IMG/VR virus record: IMGVR_UViG_3300044956_000873
Length of the DNA: 55,319 nt
Reading direction: 5' to 3' (one strand)
Origin: an uncultured virus (IMG/VR IMGVR_UViG_3300044956_000873)
Taxonomy: Duplodnaviria > Heunggongvirae > Uroviricota > Caudoviricetes
Below the pieces are notes generated by a model. It saw only the letters and a program-made list of their open reading frames with translations, ran no database searches and had not been told where the DNA came from. Both the position numbers and the translations under genes were made by a program. Positions 1 to 6,721 of the stretch are shown in pieces (the first letter of the stretch is position 1; every line of letters begins with the position of its first letter).

Positions 1-2
1 CT

Positions 3-539
3 AATTTAGCAACTAAAGCATTTCAAGCAGTTGCAGCTTTAACAGTTGCAGCTTACAAAATAGCTAAAACAGCTTTTAAAGGAATTGCTAATTTTGCAGC
101 AGAATGTATATACGGAGCAGCTAAAGCAGCTAAAATGATAGCAATTAAAATAGGAAACGACATTTCAGATTTTTATAATGCTTCGGTATCTTCATTTAAA
201 AAAAATAAGGATGCTATTGTAAAAACAACAAAAGATGGATTTGACGCAGTAGCAAACACAATTAAAGCTGGAGTTCAAAAAACTGAAAAAGTTGCTAACA
301 AGATAAAAACTGCGGCTGGTAATGCTCTTAAGACAGCTCAGAACAAAATTGTTAACACAGGAAAAGAAATACTTTCAATTGGATCCGCTATATGGGGGGG
401 TATTTGGGATCATGAGATTTACCAAGGAACATCCGAAGATATATTCGAATCGTATATTATTGTTGAGGGACAAAAATATTATGTACCAGTTGAATCATAC
501 GATGATTACGATTTAGAAGTTTTTGGATCGCAATATTAA
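3..539 (+). CDS. hypothetical Ala/Lys-rich protein, 5'-truncated by window
   Basis: Frame is open from base 3 (NLATKAFQAVAA...) through the listed 135..539 ORF; amphipathic low-complexity sequence. Confidence 0.6.
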   Translation, partial: NLATKAFQAVAALTVAAYKIAKTAFKGIANFAAECIYGAAKAAKMIAIKIGNDISDFYNASVSSFKKNKDAIVKTTKDGFDAVANTIKAGVQKTEKVANKIKTAAGNALKTAQNKIVNTGKEILSIGSAIWGGIWDHEIYQGTSEDIFESYIIVEGQKYYVPVESYDDYDLEVFGSQY

Positions 540-1053
540 GATGTCCTAGGGAAAAAATCCCCAAGAATATACCTATTAAATGACCCCAGTGTGATACTCC
601 ATCGGGGTCATTTAGTGTAACAAGCTCTCCTAAACCTATTATAGCTAAAATTGGTATAAATATCTTTCTATAATCTAATAGAAATCTAGTAAGCATAAGA
701 TAAACCAGTCCTGATATACCAATAGATACTGATATTCCTAATGCACACGTAAGTAAAAAAGTAATACACTGGATTATTATAGTTATCAAAACTATTTGTT
801 TTAAATCATATTTATTTCCTTTATATAGAAGAAAAAGAAATATAGCAATAATATTAAAAACAAAATGTAATAGAGATTGGTGTATAAATCCACTAATAAA
901 AGGCATAGATATAGCAAGATCTGCATTTCCTCCTAGGATTAGCATAGTAATTAATCCCACCGGATAAGCGAGTACGCATACGCCTATAATTTTTAATGTC
1001 TCTATCGCGGATCTTCTTAAATTATCTTTCATAATATTTGTTTTGTTATGCAA
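457..1053 (-). CDS. rhomboid-family intramembrane serine protease
   Basis: Multiple TM segments, FIHxxxxHxxFN, catalytic GISG and SHWGHLIG motifs; true start may be the ATG at 1032. Confidence 0.8.
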   Translation of the reverse strand: MHNKTNIMKDNLRRSAIETLKIIGVCVLAYPVGLITMLILGGNADLAISMPFISGFIHQSLLHFVFNIIAIFLFLLYKGNKYDLKQIVLITIIIQCITFLLTCALGISVSIGISGLVYLMLTRFLLDYRKIFIPILAIIGLGELVTLNDPDGVSHWGHLIGIFLGIFSLGHLNIAIQKLLNRNHRMIQLVHNIFVPQQ

Positions 1054-1089
1054 TTATAGAAAAAAGTGAAAAATACAAAAAAAGATTAC

Positions 1090-1127
1090 GAATCATTTTT
1101 TGTATCAATAAAAATAGCCTATATTTG
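1090..1127 (+). promoter_or_regulatory. Bacteroidota-type (early) promoter of tRNA operon 1
   Basis: TATATTTG (TAnnTTTG -7 box) at 1120-1127, GAATCATTTTTT at 1090-1101. Confidence 0.7.
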
Positions 1128-1163
1128 TGAAACAAAACAAAAGGAACAATATATAACACTTAA

Positions 1164-1238
1164 ATAAACAAATTAATTAACATAATACCCTCTATATTAA
1201 GACCGTCGATAAGACGATCCCCAAAGGTCCTATGTTAG
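1164..1238 (+). promoter_or_regulatory. putative attenuator leader ORF 1 (INKLINIIPSILRPSIRRSPKVLC, ATA start)
   Basis: 24-codon frame rich in ATA, TCN and AGA; its 3' end overlaps the antiterminator arm 1223-1241; start is ATA rather than ATG. Confidence 0.5.
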
Positions 1239-1259
1239 TTTTAACTATAACTATAAACT

Positions 1260-1294
1260 AAAAACCGGGGCCTTTAAAAAGTCCCGGTTTTTTT
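1260..1294 (+). terminator. intrinsic terminator (attenuator) upstream of tRNA cluster 1
   Basis: AAAAACCGGGGC...GTCCCGGTTTTTTT hairpin with a 7-T tract. Confidence 0.85.
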
Positions 1295-1295
1295 A

Positions 1296-1307
1296 TGTTC
1301 TTTGAAA
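1296..1307 (+). promoter_or_regulatory. boxA-like antitermination element
   Basis: TGTTCTTTGAAA, resembling rrn boxA; same position as in operon 2. Confidence 0.55.
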
Positions 1308-1329
1308 TATTGGTTAAATAAAATTATAA

Positions 1330-1417
1330 GGAGGATTAAACCATAATTGGTACTGGCGCAGTCTTGAAAACTATTCATCGTGCAAACGATGTGTAGATTC
1401 GAGTCCTACATCCTCCG
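1330..1417 (+). tRNA. tRNA-Ser(UGA), slightly degenerate
   Basis: GGAGGAT/ATCCTCC acceptor, CT-TGA-AA loop, long variable arm, TTCGAGT T-loop; stem mismatches. Confidence 0.8.
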
Positions 1418-1422
1418 CTCAT

Positions 1423-1494
1423 GGGTCCATAGTTAAAGGGATATAACCCTAGCCTTCTAAGCTTGTATTCCTGGTTCGAGTCCAGGTGGACCTA
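1423..1494 (+). tRNA. tRNA-Arg(UCU)
   Basis: GGGTCCA/TGGACCT acceptor, CT-TCT-AA loop, CCTGG-TTCGAGT-CCAGG T arm. Confidence 0.9.
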
Positions 1495-1541
1495 CATACC
1501 GCCCTCTACCTAGCGCTGGGTATGGATCGAAGATAAACCAT

Positions 1542-1769
1542 ATGGATCACGTCCCTAATGGTATGAAGGGTAAAAGACATTCTAAAGAATCTAAAGAAAA
1601 AATGGCTTTAAATAACACTAATAAATTAAGTCATTCTGAAATAATCAATAGGATAAATGATATTAAAAATGAGAATAATAAATGGGGCTATATAATTAGA
1701 CTATCAAAAAAATGCAAGGTCAGTCACACCCAAGTTAAAAGATTCATAAAAAAATATTTAGAGACGTAG
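1542..1769 (+). pseudogene. NUMOD3-containing homing endonuclease remnant
   Basis: GMKGKRHSKESKEKM NUMOD3 motif and C-terminal HTH-like segment, no nuclease domain; sits between tRNAs. Confidence 0.6.
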
Positions 1770-1833
1770 CTCAATTGGTTAGAGCACATGCCTTATACGC
1801 ATGCGGTCATGGGTTCGACTCCCATCGTCTCTA
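1760..1833 (+). tRNA. tRNA-Ile(UAU)
   Basis: Perfect stems AGAGACG/CGTCTCT, GCTC/GAGC, CATGC/GCATG, ATGGG/CCCAT; loop CT-TAT-AC. Confidence 0.92.
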
Positions 1834-1837
1834 CTTA

Positions 1838-1910
1838 GGTCCCTTAGCTTAGTCGGTTAGGACGTTAGGTTTTCATCCTAGAAAGAGGGGTTCGATTCCC
1901 CCAGAGACTA
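1838..1910 (+). tRNA. tRNA-Glu(UUC), degenerate
   Basis: TT-TTC-AT anticodon loop, GGGG-TTCGATT-CCCC T arm; acceptor and D-stem mismatches. Confidence 0.7.
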
Positions 1911-1999
1911 CTACAACTGGTACCCTTGAGAAACTCGTATTTAAAGATAAGCAGTGTGGTATAAAAGATAAAATCATTAATTTTTTGAAATAAGGGAGT

Positions 2000-2037
2000 G
2001 AATCATTTTTTATATTCTTTGGCAATTTCTATCTTTG
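2000..2037 (+). promoter_or_regulatory. early promoter
   Basis: GAATCATTTTTT at 2000 and TATCTTTG at 2030. Confidence 0.65.
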
Positions 2038-2057
2038 TAAAACAAAAATTAATTAAA

Positions 2058-2549
2058 ATGTTAGATAAATCAGAAGATTTTTACGTGTCGCTGTACAACG
2101 AATGTGAGGAAACCTCTATGATGTTTGGTTCAATCCCTGTGTTCTTTACCACTAAAAAATCAAGCATAGTATTTTATTCGTTTCTAATACTTTTTTCTTC
2201 TACATTAGAATACTTCTTGGGAACTTATTTTTTAGCCCCTATTTTTTCATTTATTCTTATTGCCGAACATCGGAGAATAATATTAACTAGGGAAACAGTA
2301 CTAGAAATGTGTATGATAGATGAGATACATTACAATTGGGAGGCTAAAGAAAATTCGGATCTTTTAGATAGGACTGGAATGAACTTTGAATTCTCCGATT
2401 CTGATCGATGTAGATATTTTTATGAGAGAGTAAAATATGTTGATTGTAATAATCCTTTTGTATACTTAAAGCGCCACTATAAATTTTTATTATTCATAGC
2501 AGCGCTCCATGTAATCTTCTATATTGGATTAGTATACTCCGTAGTCTGA
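2058..2549 (+). CDS. hypothetical membrane protein
   Basis: Three hydrophobic segments; start moved to ATG 2058 because the longer ORF overlaps the promoter. Confidence 0.6.
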   Translation: MLDKSEDFYVSLYNECEETSMMFGSIPVFFTTKKSSIVFYSFLILFSSTLEYFLGTYFLAPIFSFILIAEHRRIILTRETVLEMCMIDEIHYNWEAKENSDLLDRTGMNFEFSDSDRCRYFYERVKYVDCNNPFVYLKRHYKFLLFIAALHVIFYIGLVYSVV

Positions 2550-3440
2550 TTTTTTATAAAGATCACACCAGTGAAATTTATTTAGCATTTTTTGATCAAT
2601 CAGATAATTTTTATAGCAGTTAAGTAGTTGATCCGCTGGTAATCTTTTAGTTTCCCCCATTTTTTTTACCACTATATTTTGGATTTTACATACATCCTTC
2701 TTAAAGAAAGGCTCGTTGAAAAAATCTTTAAAAATTGAATACATAGATTTTCCTATTACTAGGGAATCAGCTTTTGAAATACCAGTTTCTTTTAGTCTTG
2801 ATCTTTGCATAGTAAACTCATCAGCATTTTGTATTGCCTCTGCAGCTATATTCTGTACTACCTCTACTGATTGATTGCTTAAATAATTAAAGGCATCTAT
2901 TATTTTTTTATAAACAACTTCATCGTATCTTCCACCGAATTCCCCATCCATTAACAATCTAAATTTGTTAACTGTTCTAGTTGTGGTGCCTAAAGATTCT
3001 AGTCCAATAGCATCAGAAAGAGCGCTAGGTCTTATAAAAAGCCTACCTGTACTGTAGTCTTCACTGCAGAAATTTTCTATTCCTCGTATTCTTGTAACAT
3101 AAACGTCCTCCCTAATCAATTCTTCTCTCCTTCTCCTACCCCTTAATCTCTCGGGATCACCAAATTCGTGTTGTCCTAGTGCTTTTAAATATAAAGCGGC
3201 AAGTTGAGACTTAGATATTACTTGTAGATCTCTTTCTAAAGCGGTCATTTCTCCTGGACTTAATGTCTCATCATCTAGCCAATCTAAGGTTTCTTCCTCC
3301 TCGTTTCCGTACTCATCCGCCTCATTTATAGAGTATAATCTAGAAATAAGAGATTGATTTTTATTACACCAATTCTCGTAAACCTTTTGTATTTCCTGTT
3401 CCTCGGTAGAAAAACTTTCAAATAGCTTAATTCTTTGCAT
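2529..3440 (-). CDS. hypothetical protein, probable head-internal protein
   Basis: N-terminus MQRIKLFESF plus SINE motif; GATATATA late motif 15 nt upstream. Confidence 0.6.
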   Translation of the reverse strand: MQRIKLFESFSTEEQEIQKVYENWCNKNQSLISRLYSINEADEYGNEEEETLDWLDDETLSPGEMTALERDLQVISKSQLAALYLKALGQHEFGDPERLRGRRRREELIREDVYVTRIRGIENFCSEDYSTGRLFIRPSALSDAIGLESLGTTTRTVNKFRLLMDGEFGGRYDEVVYKKIIDAFNYLSNQSVEVVQNIAAEAIQNADEFTMQRSRLKETGISKADSLVIGKSMYSIFKDFFNEPFFKKDVCKIQNIVVKKMGETKRLPADQLLNCYKNYLIDQKMLNKFHWCDLYKKSDYGVY

Positions 3441-3495
3441 TTCTTGTCTTTTATCTATATATCCCAACTAGGATTGTGTTTTTTTAATAAAATAA

Positions 3496-3508
3496 GGGGG
3501 GGGGGGGG
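3496..3508. repeat. G13 homopolymer
   Basis: 13 consecutive G in an AT-rich divergent intergenic region. Confidence 0.9.
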
Positions 3509-3538
3509 AAAATCGTTAATTTTTCAACTAAACCTTAA

Positions 3539-3576
3539 AGATCTTTTTTTAGGGCCGTTATATTTCCCTACTTTTG
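3539..3576 (+). promoter_or_regulatory. early promoter
   Basis: AGATCTTTTTTT at 3539 and TACTTTTG at 3569. Confidence 0.55.
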
Positions 3577-3587
3577 TGATATAGTGT

Positions 3588-4013
3588 ATGTATAAGTTTA
3601 ACATTAAAAATTTTATTATGGGGAAACAAGTTTTAAAAAGATTTACGATGGATGTAGATCACACTAACCCAGATGCTAAGACAATATTTACATCTGTCGG
3701 AACTGGTAAAACAGAAAAAGAAGCAGTAGTTTTTGCTTTATCAATGTTTTATAAAGTTATGGATGGAGATGAAGAGGGAAGTCCGAGTACACAAAATTAT
3801 GAAGATGCTTTGGAGATAGTTAGCGAGAAATTGGAAGAGGAAGGAATTGATGAAATAGTAAGATTATTAAGGGAAGGGAAAATTGAAAAAAATTCCGAAA
3901 TCTTTTATAACTCCTACGAATCAACAAATGTAGATTATAAATTCAGTGAAATATCTGAAGTGTCTGAGTGTGGATATATTGGCAGAATGGAAATAATCGA
4001 GCCAGAATATTAA
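3588..4013 (+). CDS. hypothetical acidic protein
   Basis: 141-aa ORF downstream of an early promoter; alternative start at 3618. Confidence 0.65.
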   Translation: MYKFNIKNFIMGKQVLKRFTMDVDHTNPDAKTIFTSVGTGKTEKEAVVFALSMFYKVMDGDEEGSPSTQNYEDALEIVSEKLEEEGIDEIVRLLREGKIEKNSEIFYNSYESTNVDYKFSEISEVSECGYIGRMEIIEPEY

Positions 4014-4025
4014 TAAAAATATCAA

Positions 4026-4062
4026 GAATCATTTTTTATTCAAAATAATTGTTTTAAATTTG
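4026..4062 (+). promoter_or_regulatory. early promoter of tRNA operon 2
   Basis: GAATCATTTTTT at 4026, TAAATTTG at 4055; followed by TGAAACAA as in operon 1. Confidence 0.7.
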
Positions 4063-4097
4063 TGAAACAATATCAGAATAAAGATATTTAAGAAAGA

Positions 4098-4205
4098 ATG
4101 AAAAACTGTAGTAAACATAACATCACCCGCATGAAAAGTCAGATTAATGGCTGTTATCAAACGGTGGCGTTTTGGGCTAAGGGGAAAAAACCCGATCGAA
4201 GCTAG
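4098..4205 (+). CDS. putative attenuator leader peptide 2 (MKNCSKHNITRMKSQINGCYQTVAFWAKGKKPDRS)
   Basis: ATG-started 35-aa ORF between promoter and terminator; last codons form the antiterminator arm. Confidence 0.65.
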   Translation: MKNCSKHNITRMKSQINGCYQTVAFWAKGKKPDRS

Positions 4206-4234
4206 ATACAGGAGATCATAAATAGATATTTTGG

Positions 4235-4265
4235 AAAAGGCTTCGATTATTTTGAAGCCTTTTTT
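4235..4265 (+). terminator. intrinsic terminator (attenuator) upstream of tRNA cluster 2
   Basis: AAAAGGCTTCG/TGAAGCCTTTT hairpin plus T tract. Confidence 0.85.
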
Positions 4266-4268
4266 ATT

Positions 4269-4280
4269 TGTTCTTTAACA
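4269..4280 (+). promoter_or_regulatory. boxA-like antitermination element
   Basis: TGTTCTTTAACA, one mismatch to E. coli rrn boxA TGCTCTTTAACA. Confidence 0.6.
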
Positions 4281-4288
4281 TACTTGAC

Positions 4289-4425
4289 AAAGGTTGATTG
4301 GGGAAGGATGATTCCAATAGCACGAGAGTGTATATCGGCTGGAATCATCGGAGTTGGAAGATATACACCTAAGTAAAGCCAATCGTAAAAGGGGATGTCC
4401 ACGCAACCATGTTCCTCTTTCCTTT
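4289..4425 (+). ncRNA. unidentified structured RNA with pseudoknot
   Basis: Five helices, including interleaved perfect 10-bp and 9-bp stems; first element after boxA, immediately before tRNA-Trp. Confidence 0.65.
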
Positions 4426-4429
4426 ACAC

Positions 4430-4503
4430 ACATCGGTAGCTTAATTGAATAGAGCACTGGTCTCCAAAACCAGGGGTTGTGGGTTCTAGTCCCACCCTTT
4501 GTG
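4430..4503 (+). tRNA. tRNA-Trp(CCA), degenerate
   Basis: CTGGT-CTCCAAA-ACCAG anticodon arm, GTGGG/CCCAC T stem; two acceptor mismatches, D-loop GG lost. Confidence 0.7.
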
Positions 4504-4508
4504 CAGCT

Positions 4509-4581
4509 GGCCCTGTAGTTCAATGGATTAGAATTGGTGACTACGGATCATCAGATACTCGTTCAAATCGAGTCGCGGCTT
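4509..4581 (+). tRNA. tRNA-Arg(ACG)
   Basis: CT-ACG-GA loop, ACTCG-TTCAAAT-CGAGT T arm; one acceptor mismatch. Confidence 0.75.
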
Positions 4582-4590
4582 CTAAAATAA

Positions 4591-4661
4591 GGTCGCGTGG
4601 CCGAGTGGTTAGGCGGCGGTCTGCAAAACCGATTACACTGGTTCGAATTTAGTCGTGACCC
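4591..4661 (+). tRNA. tRNA-Cys(GCA)
   Basis: GGTCGCG/CGTGACC acceptor, CT-GCA-AA loop, TTCGAAT T-loop. Confidence 0.85.
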
Positions 4662-4807
4662 CAAAAAATTAAAAAATAAAGCCCATTGATAAAAGAGTAA
4701 TAGTAAAAGGAACTTTAGCATCAAGTAAAGAAAATTTTAGAAGAGAGGGGTATAGTTTTACAATTAGTAAAGCAATATTTAAAAAAATTAAAAAAATACT
4801 CAAAAAA

Positions 4808-4893
4808 GGAAAGTAACCCCAGACGGTGACGGGGCTCGCCTGCTAAGCGAATCGTACCTTAATTGGTATCTGGTTCGATCCCAGTTCTTTCCG
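4808..4893 (+). tRNA. tRNA-Ser(GCU)
   Basis: GGAAAG/CTTTCC acceptor, CT-GCT-AA loop, long variable arm, CTGG-TTCGATC-CCAG. Confidence 0.75.
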
Positions 4894-4943
4894 CAACATT
4901 GACATATAGATAAGCATTGATTCGATACGTCGAAGGCTCATAT

Positions 4944-5015
4944 TTTCCACTCATCTAATTGGCAGGACATGTGGTTTTGGTCCACAGAATCGAGGTTCGA
5001 ATCTTTGGGGAAAAA
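4944..5015 (+). tRNA. tRNA-Gln(UUG), degenerate
   Basis: TGTGG-TTTTGGT-CCACA anticodon arm, TTCGAAT T-loop; acceptor mismatches. Confidence 0.7.
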
Positions 5016-5054
5016 CAAAGATAAATAAGAAGACCAGTATGTAAAAATGTAGTT

Positions 5055-5543
5055 ATGAAAGTGCTAGTATTAAATAATGACTTTACGCCAGTAAGCGTTA
5101 CCGACTTTGCTCGGGGATTTAAACTTGTATACAAAGGTAAAGCTGAAATACTAGAGCATGATGAAGAAAATCCTATAGTTACTGACCAAAAAATTTACAA
5201 AAGACCTTCAGTTATAAGGCTTCTACAGTACGTTGTTTTGCCTTTTAAGAAGCTAAAACCCACGAGGGAGAACATATTTAAGAGAGACGAATTAAAGTGC
5301 TTATACTGCGATTCTACGAAGCAACTCACCATAGATCACGTCAGACCTAAATCTAGAGGAGGTATAAACACTTGGGAAAATCTTGCTACTTGTTGTTCAA
5401 AATGCAACAGTAAAAAGGGAGACAGAACCCCAGAGGAAGCTGGAATGAAAATGAGACACAAACCATTTAAGCCGGGATATGGGTATTTTATCAAGAATTT
5501 TTCAAAGGGGATAGATGTCTGGACAGCATATTTACCAGAATAG
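5055..5543 (+). CDS. HNH endonuclease (McrA-like)
   Basis: VLVLN N-terminus, RENIFKRD, CxxC, TIDHVRPKSRGG, WENLATCCSKCNSKKG. Confidence 0.9.
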   Translation: MKVLVLNNDFTPVSVTDFARGFKLVYKGKAEILEHDEENPIVTDQKIYKRPSVIRLLQYVVLPFKKLKPTRENIFKRDELKCLYCDSTKQLTIDHVRPKSRGGINTWENLATCCSKCNSKKGDRTPEEAGMKMRHKPFKPGYGYFIKNFSKGIDVWTAYLPE

Positions 5544-5613
5544 TTAAAAAATCCTAGAATTTATTGGATTTTTTATGTGTGATCCCTCTATAATGTAAGT
5601 AAAAAATAAAATT

Positions 5614-6678
5614 ATGTTATTTGATTTTGACGATATACTCATAGAACCAGAAATGCACACAGGAATACTATCCAGAAAAAAAGTGGATGTTTTTGACGAA
5701 AAGCAAATGCTTCCCCTTTTTACTGCTCCGATGGACACTGTTATTAGCATGGAAAACTATTTAGTTTTTAATTCCAACAAAATTTATAGTATTATACCAA
5801 GAAAAACTGAATACACTCTCATAGACGTTTCAATAGATCCAAAAGTTTGGTTTTCTTATGGATTGGACGACTTTAAAAAAATATTCATAAACAACAGAGC
5901 TAATATAGGATTAGGTGAAAAAGCTTATGCCCTAATTGATATAGCTAACGGTCACATGAATATAGTAAAAGAATTGTTAGAACAGTCTAAAGGGATTTAT
6001 GGGAGAAGCCTAGTTATAATGGTAGGTAATTGTGCAAATCCTTATACGTTTTTATCATTAGCTAATGCTGGAGCTGATTATGTTAGAATGGGGATTGGTA
6101 ACGGAGCTGGGTGTTTAACGACAGTACAGACTGGGGTAGGATATCCAATGGCATCACTTATCCATGAAACTGCTAAGATACAACAAGAAAGAAACCTTTC
6201 AACTAAAATAGTAGCAGACGGAGGATTCAAGAAATATGCTGATGTTATAAAAGCTTTAGCGCTAGGAGCTGACTATGTAATGCTTGGAAGTATATTTAAT
6301 AAGGCTTTAGAAAGCTGTGGAGAAACATACGAGGAGAATAAGGATCATGGATCTTGGAAAGAACCGGGGGATAAGGTAGATCAATATTCAATCTATGTTC
6401 TTTTACAGTTCGAAGCGGGAAAGAAATTTTTTAAAAAGTTTAGAGGAATGTCAACTAAGGATGTGCAAAAAAGTCTAGGTAAAACCGAATTAAAAACATC
6501 TGAAGGGATTTATAAAATGCAGCAAGTTGAATACACATTGAGTAGTTGGTGTGAAAATTTTCAAGATTATCTAAAATCTGCAATGAGTTATACGGATTGT
6601 CTTACTATAGGAGAATTTATTGGCAAAGTGCGGTTCAATAAAATATCAAAAAATTCGTTTGATAGATTTCATAAATAG
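5614..6678 (+). CDS. guaC: GMP reductase / IMP dehydrogenase family protein
   Basis: FDDILIEP, TAPMDTV, IDIANGH, GIGNGAGCLT, ADGG, VMLGS, FRGMST, TSEG; no CBS domains. Confidence 0.8.
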   Translation: MLFDFDDILIEPEMHTGILSRKKVDVFDEKQMLPLFTAPMDTVISMENYLVFNSNKIYSIIPRKTEYTLIDVSIDPKVWFSYGLDDFKKIFINNRANIGLGEKAYALIDIANGHMNIVKELLEQSKGIYGRSLVIMVGNCANPYTFLSLANAGADYVRMGIGNGAGCLTTVQTGVGYPMASLIHETAKIQQERNLSTKIVADGGFKKYADVIKALALGADYVMLGSIFNKALESCGETYEENKDHGSWKEPGDKVDQYSIYVLLQFEAGKKFFKKFRGMSTKDVQKSLGKTELKTSEGIYKMQQVEYTLSSWCENFQDYLKSAMSYTDCLTIGEFIGKVRFNKISKNSFDRFHK

Positions 6679-6705
6679 GAAACCTTTAAAAAAGCACCAT
6701 ATAAT
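6679..6705 (+). promoter_or_regulatory. putative middle promoter GAAACYTT...TATAAT
   Basis: Motif recurs at 8643, 10472, 11174, 33670, 34906 and 45837 with 21-23 nt spacing. Confidence 0.55.
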
Positions 6706-6721
6706 AAATAAAATAGCATAA

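Noticed and set aside
1495..1535. HDV-like (theta) ribozyme after tRNA-Arg (CATACC/GGTATG stem, CGAA)
   Set aside because: No G at the cleavage site and P2/P3/P1.1 cannot be built convincingly; the stretch also reads in frame with the NUMOD3 remnant
4275..4523. 82-aa minus-strand ORF
   Set aside because: Antisense shadow of the ncRNA and tRNA genes
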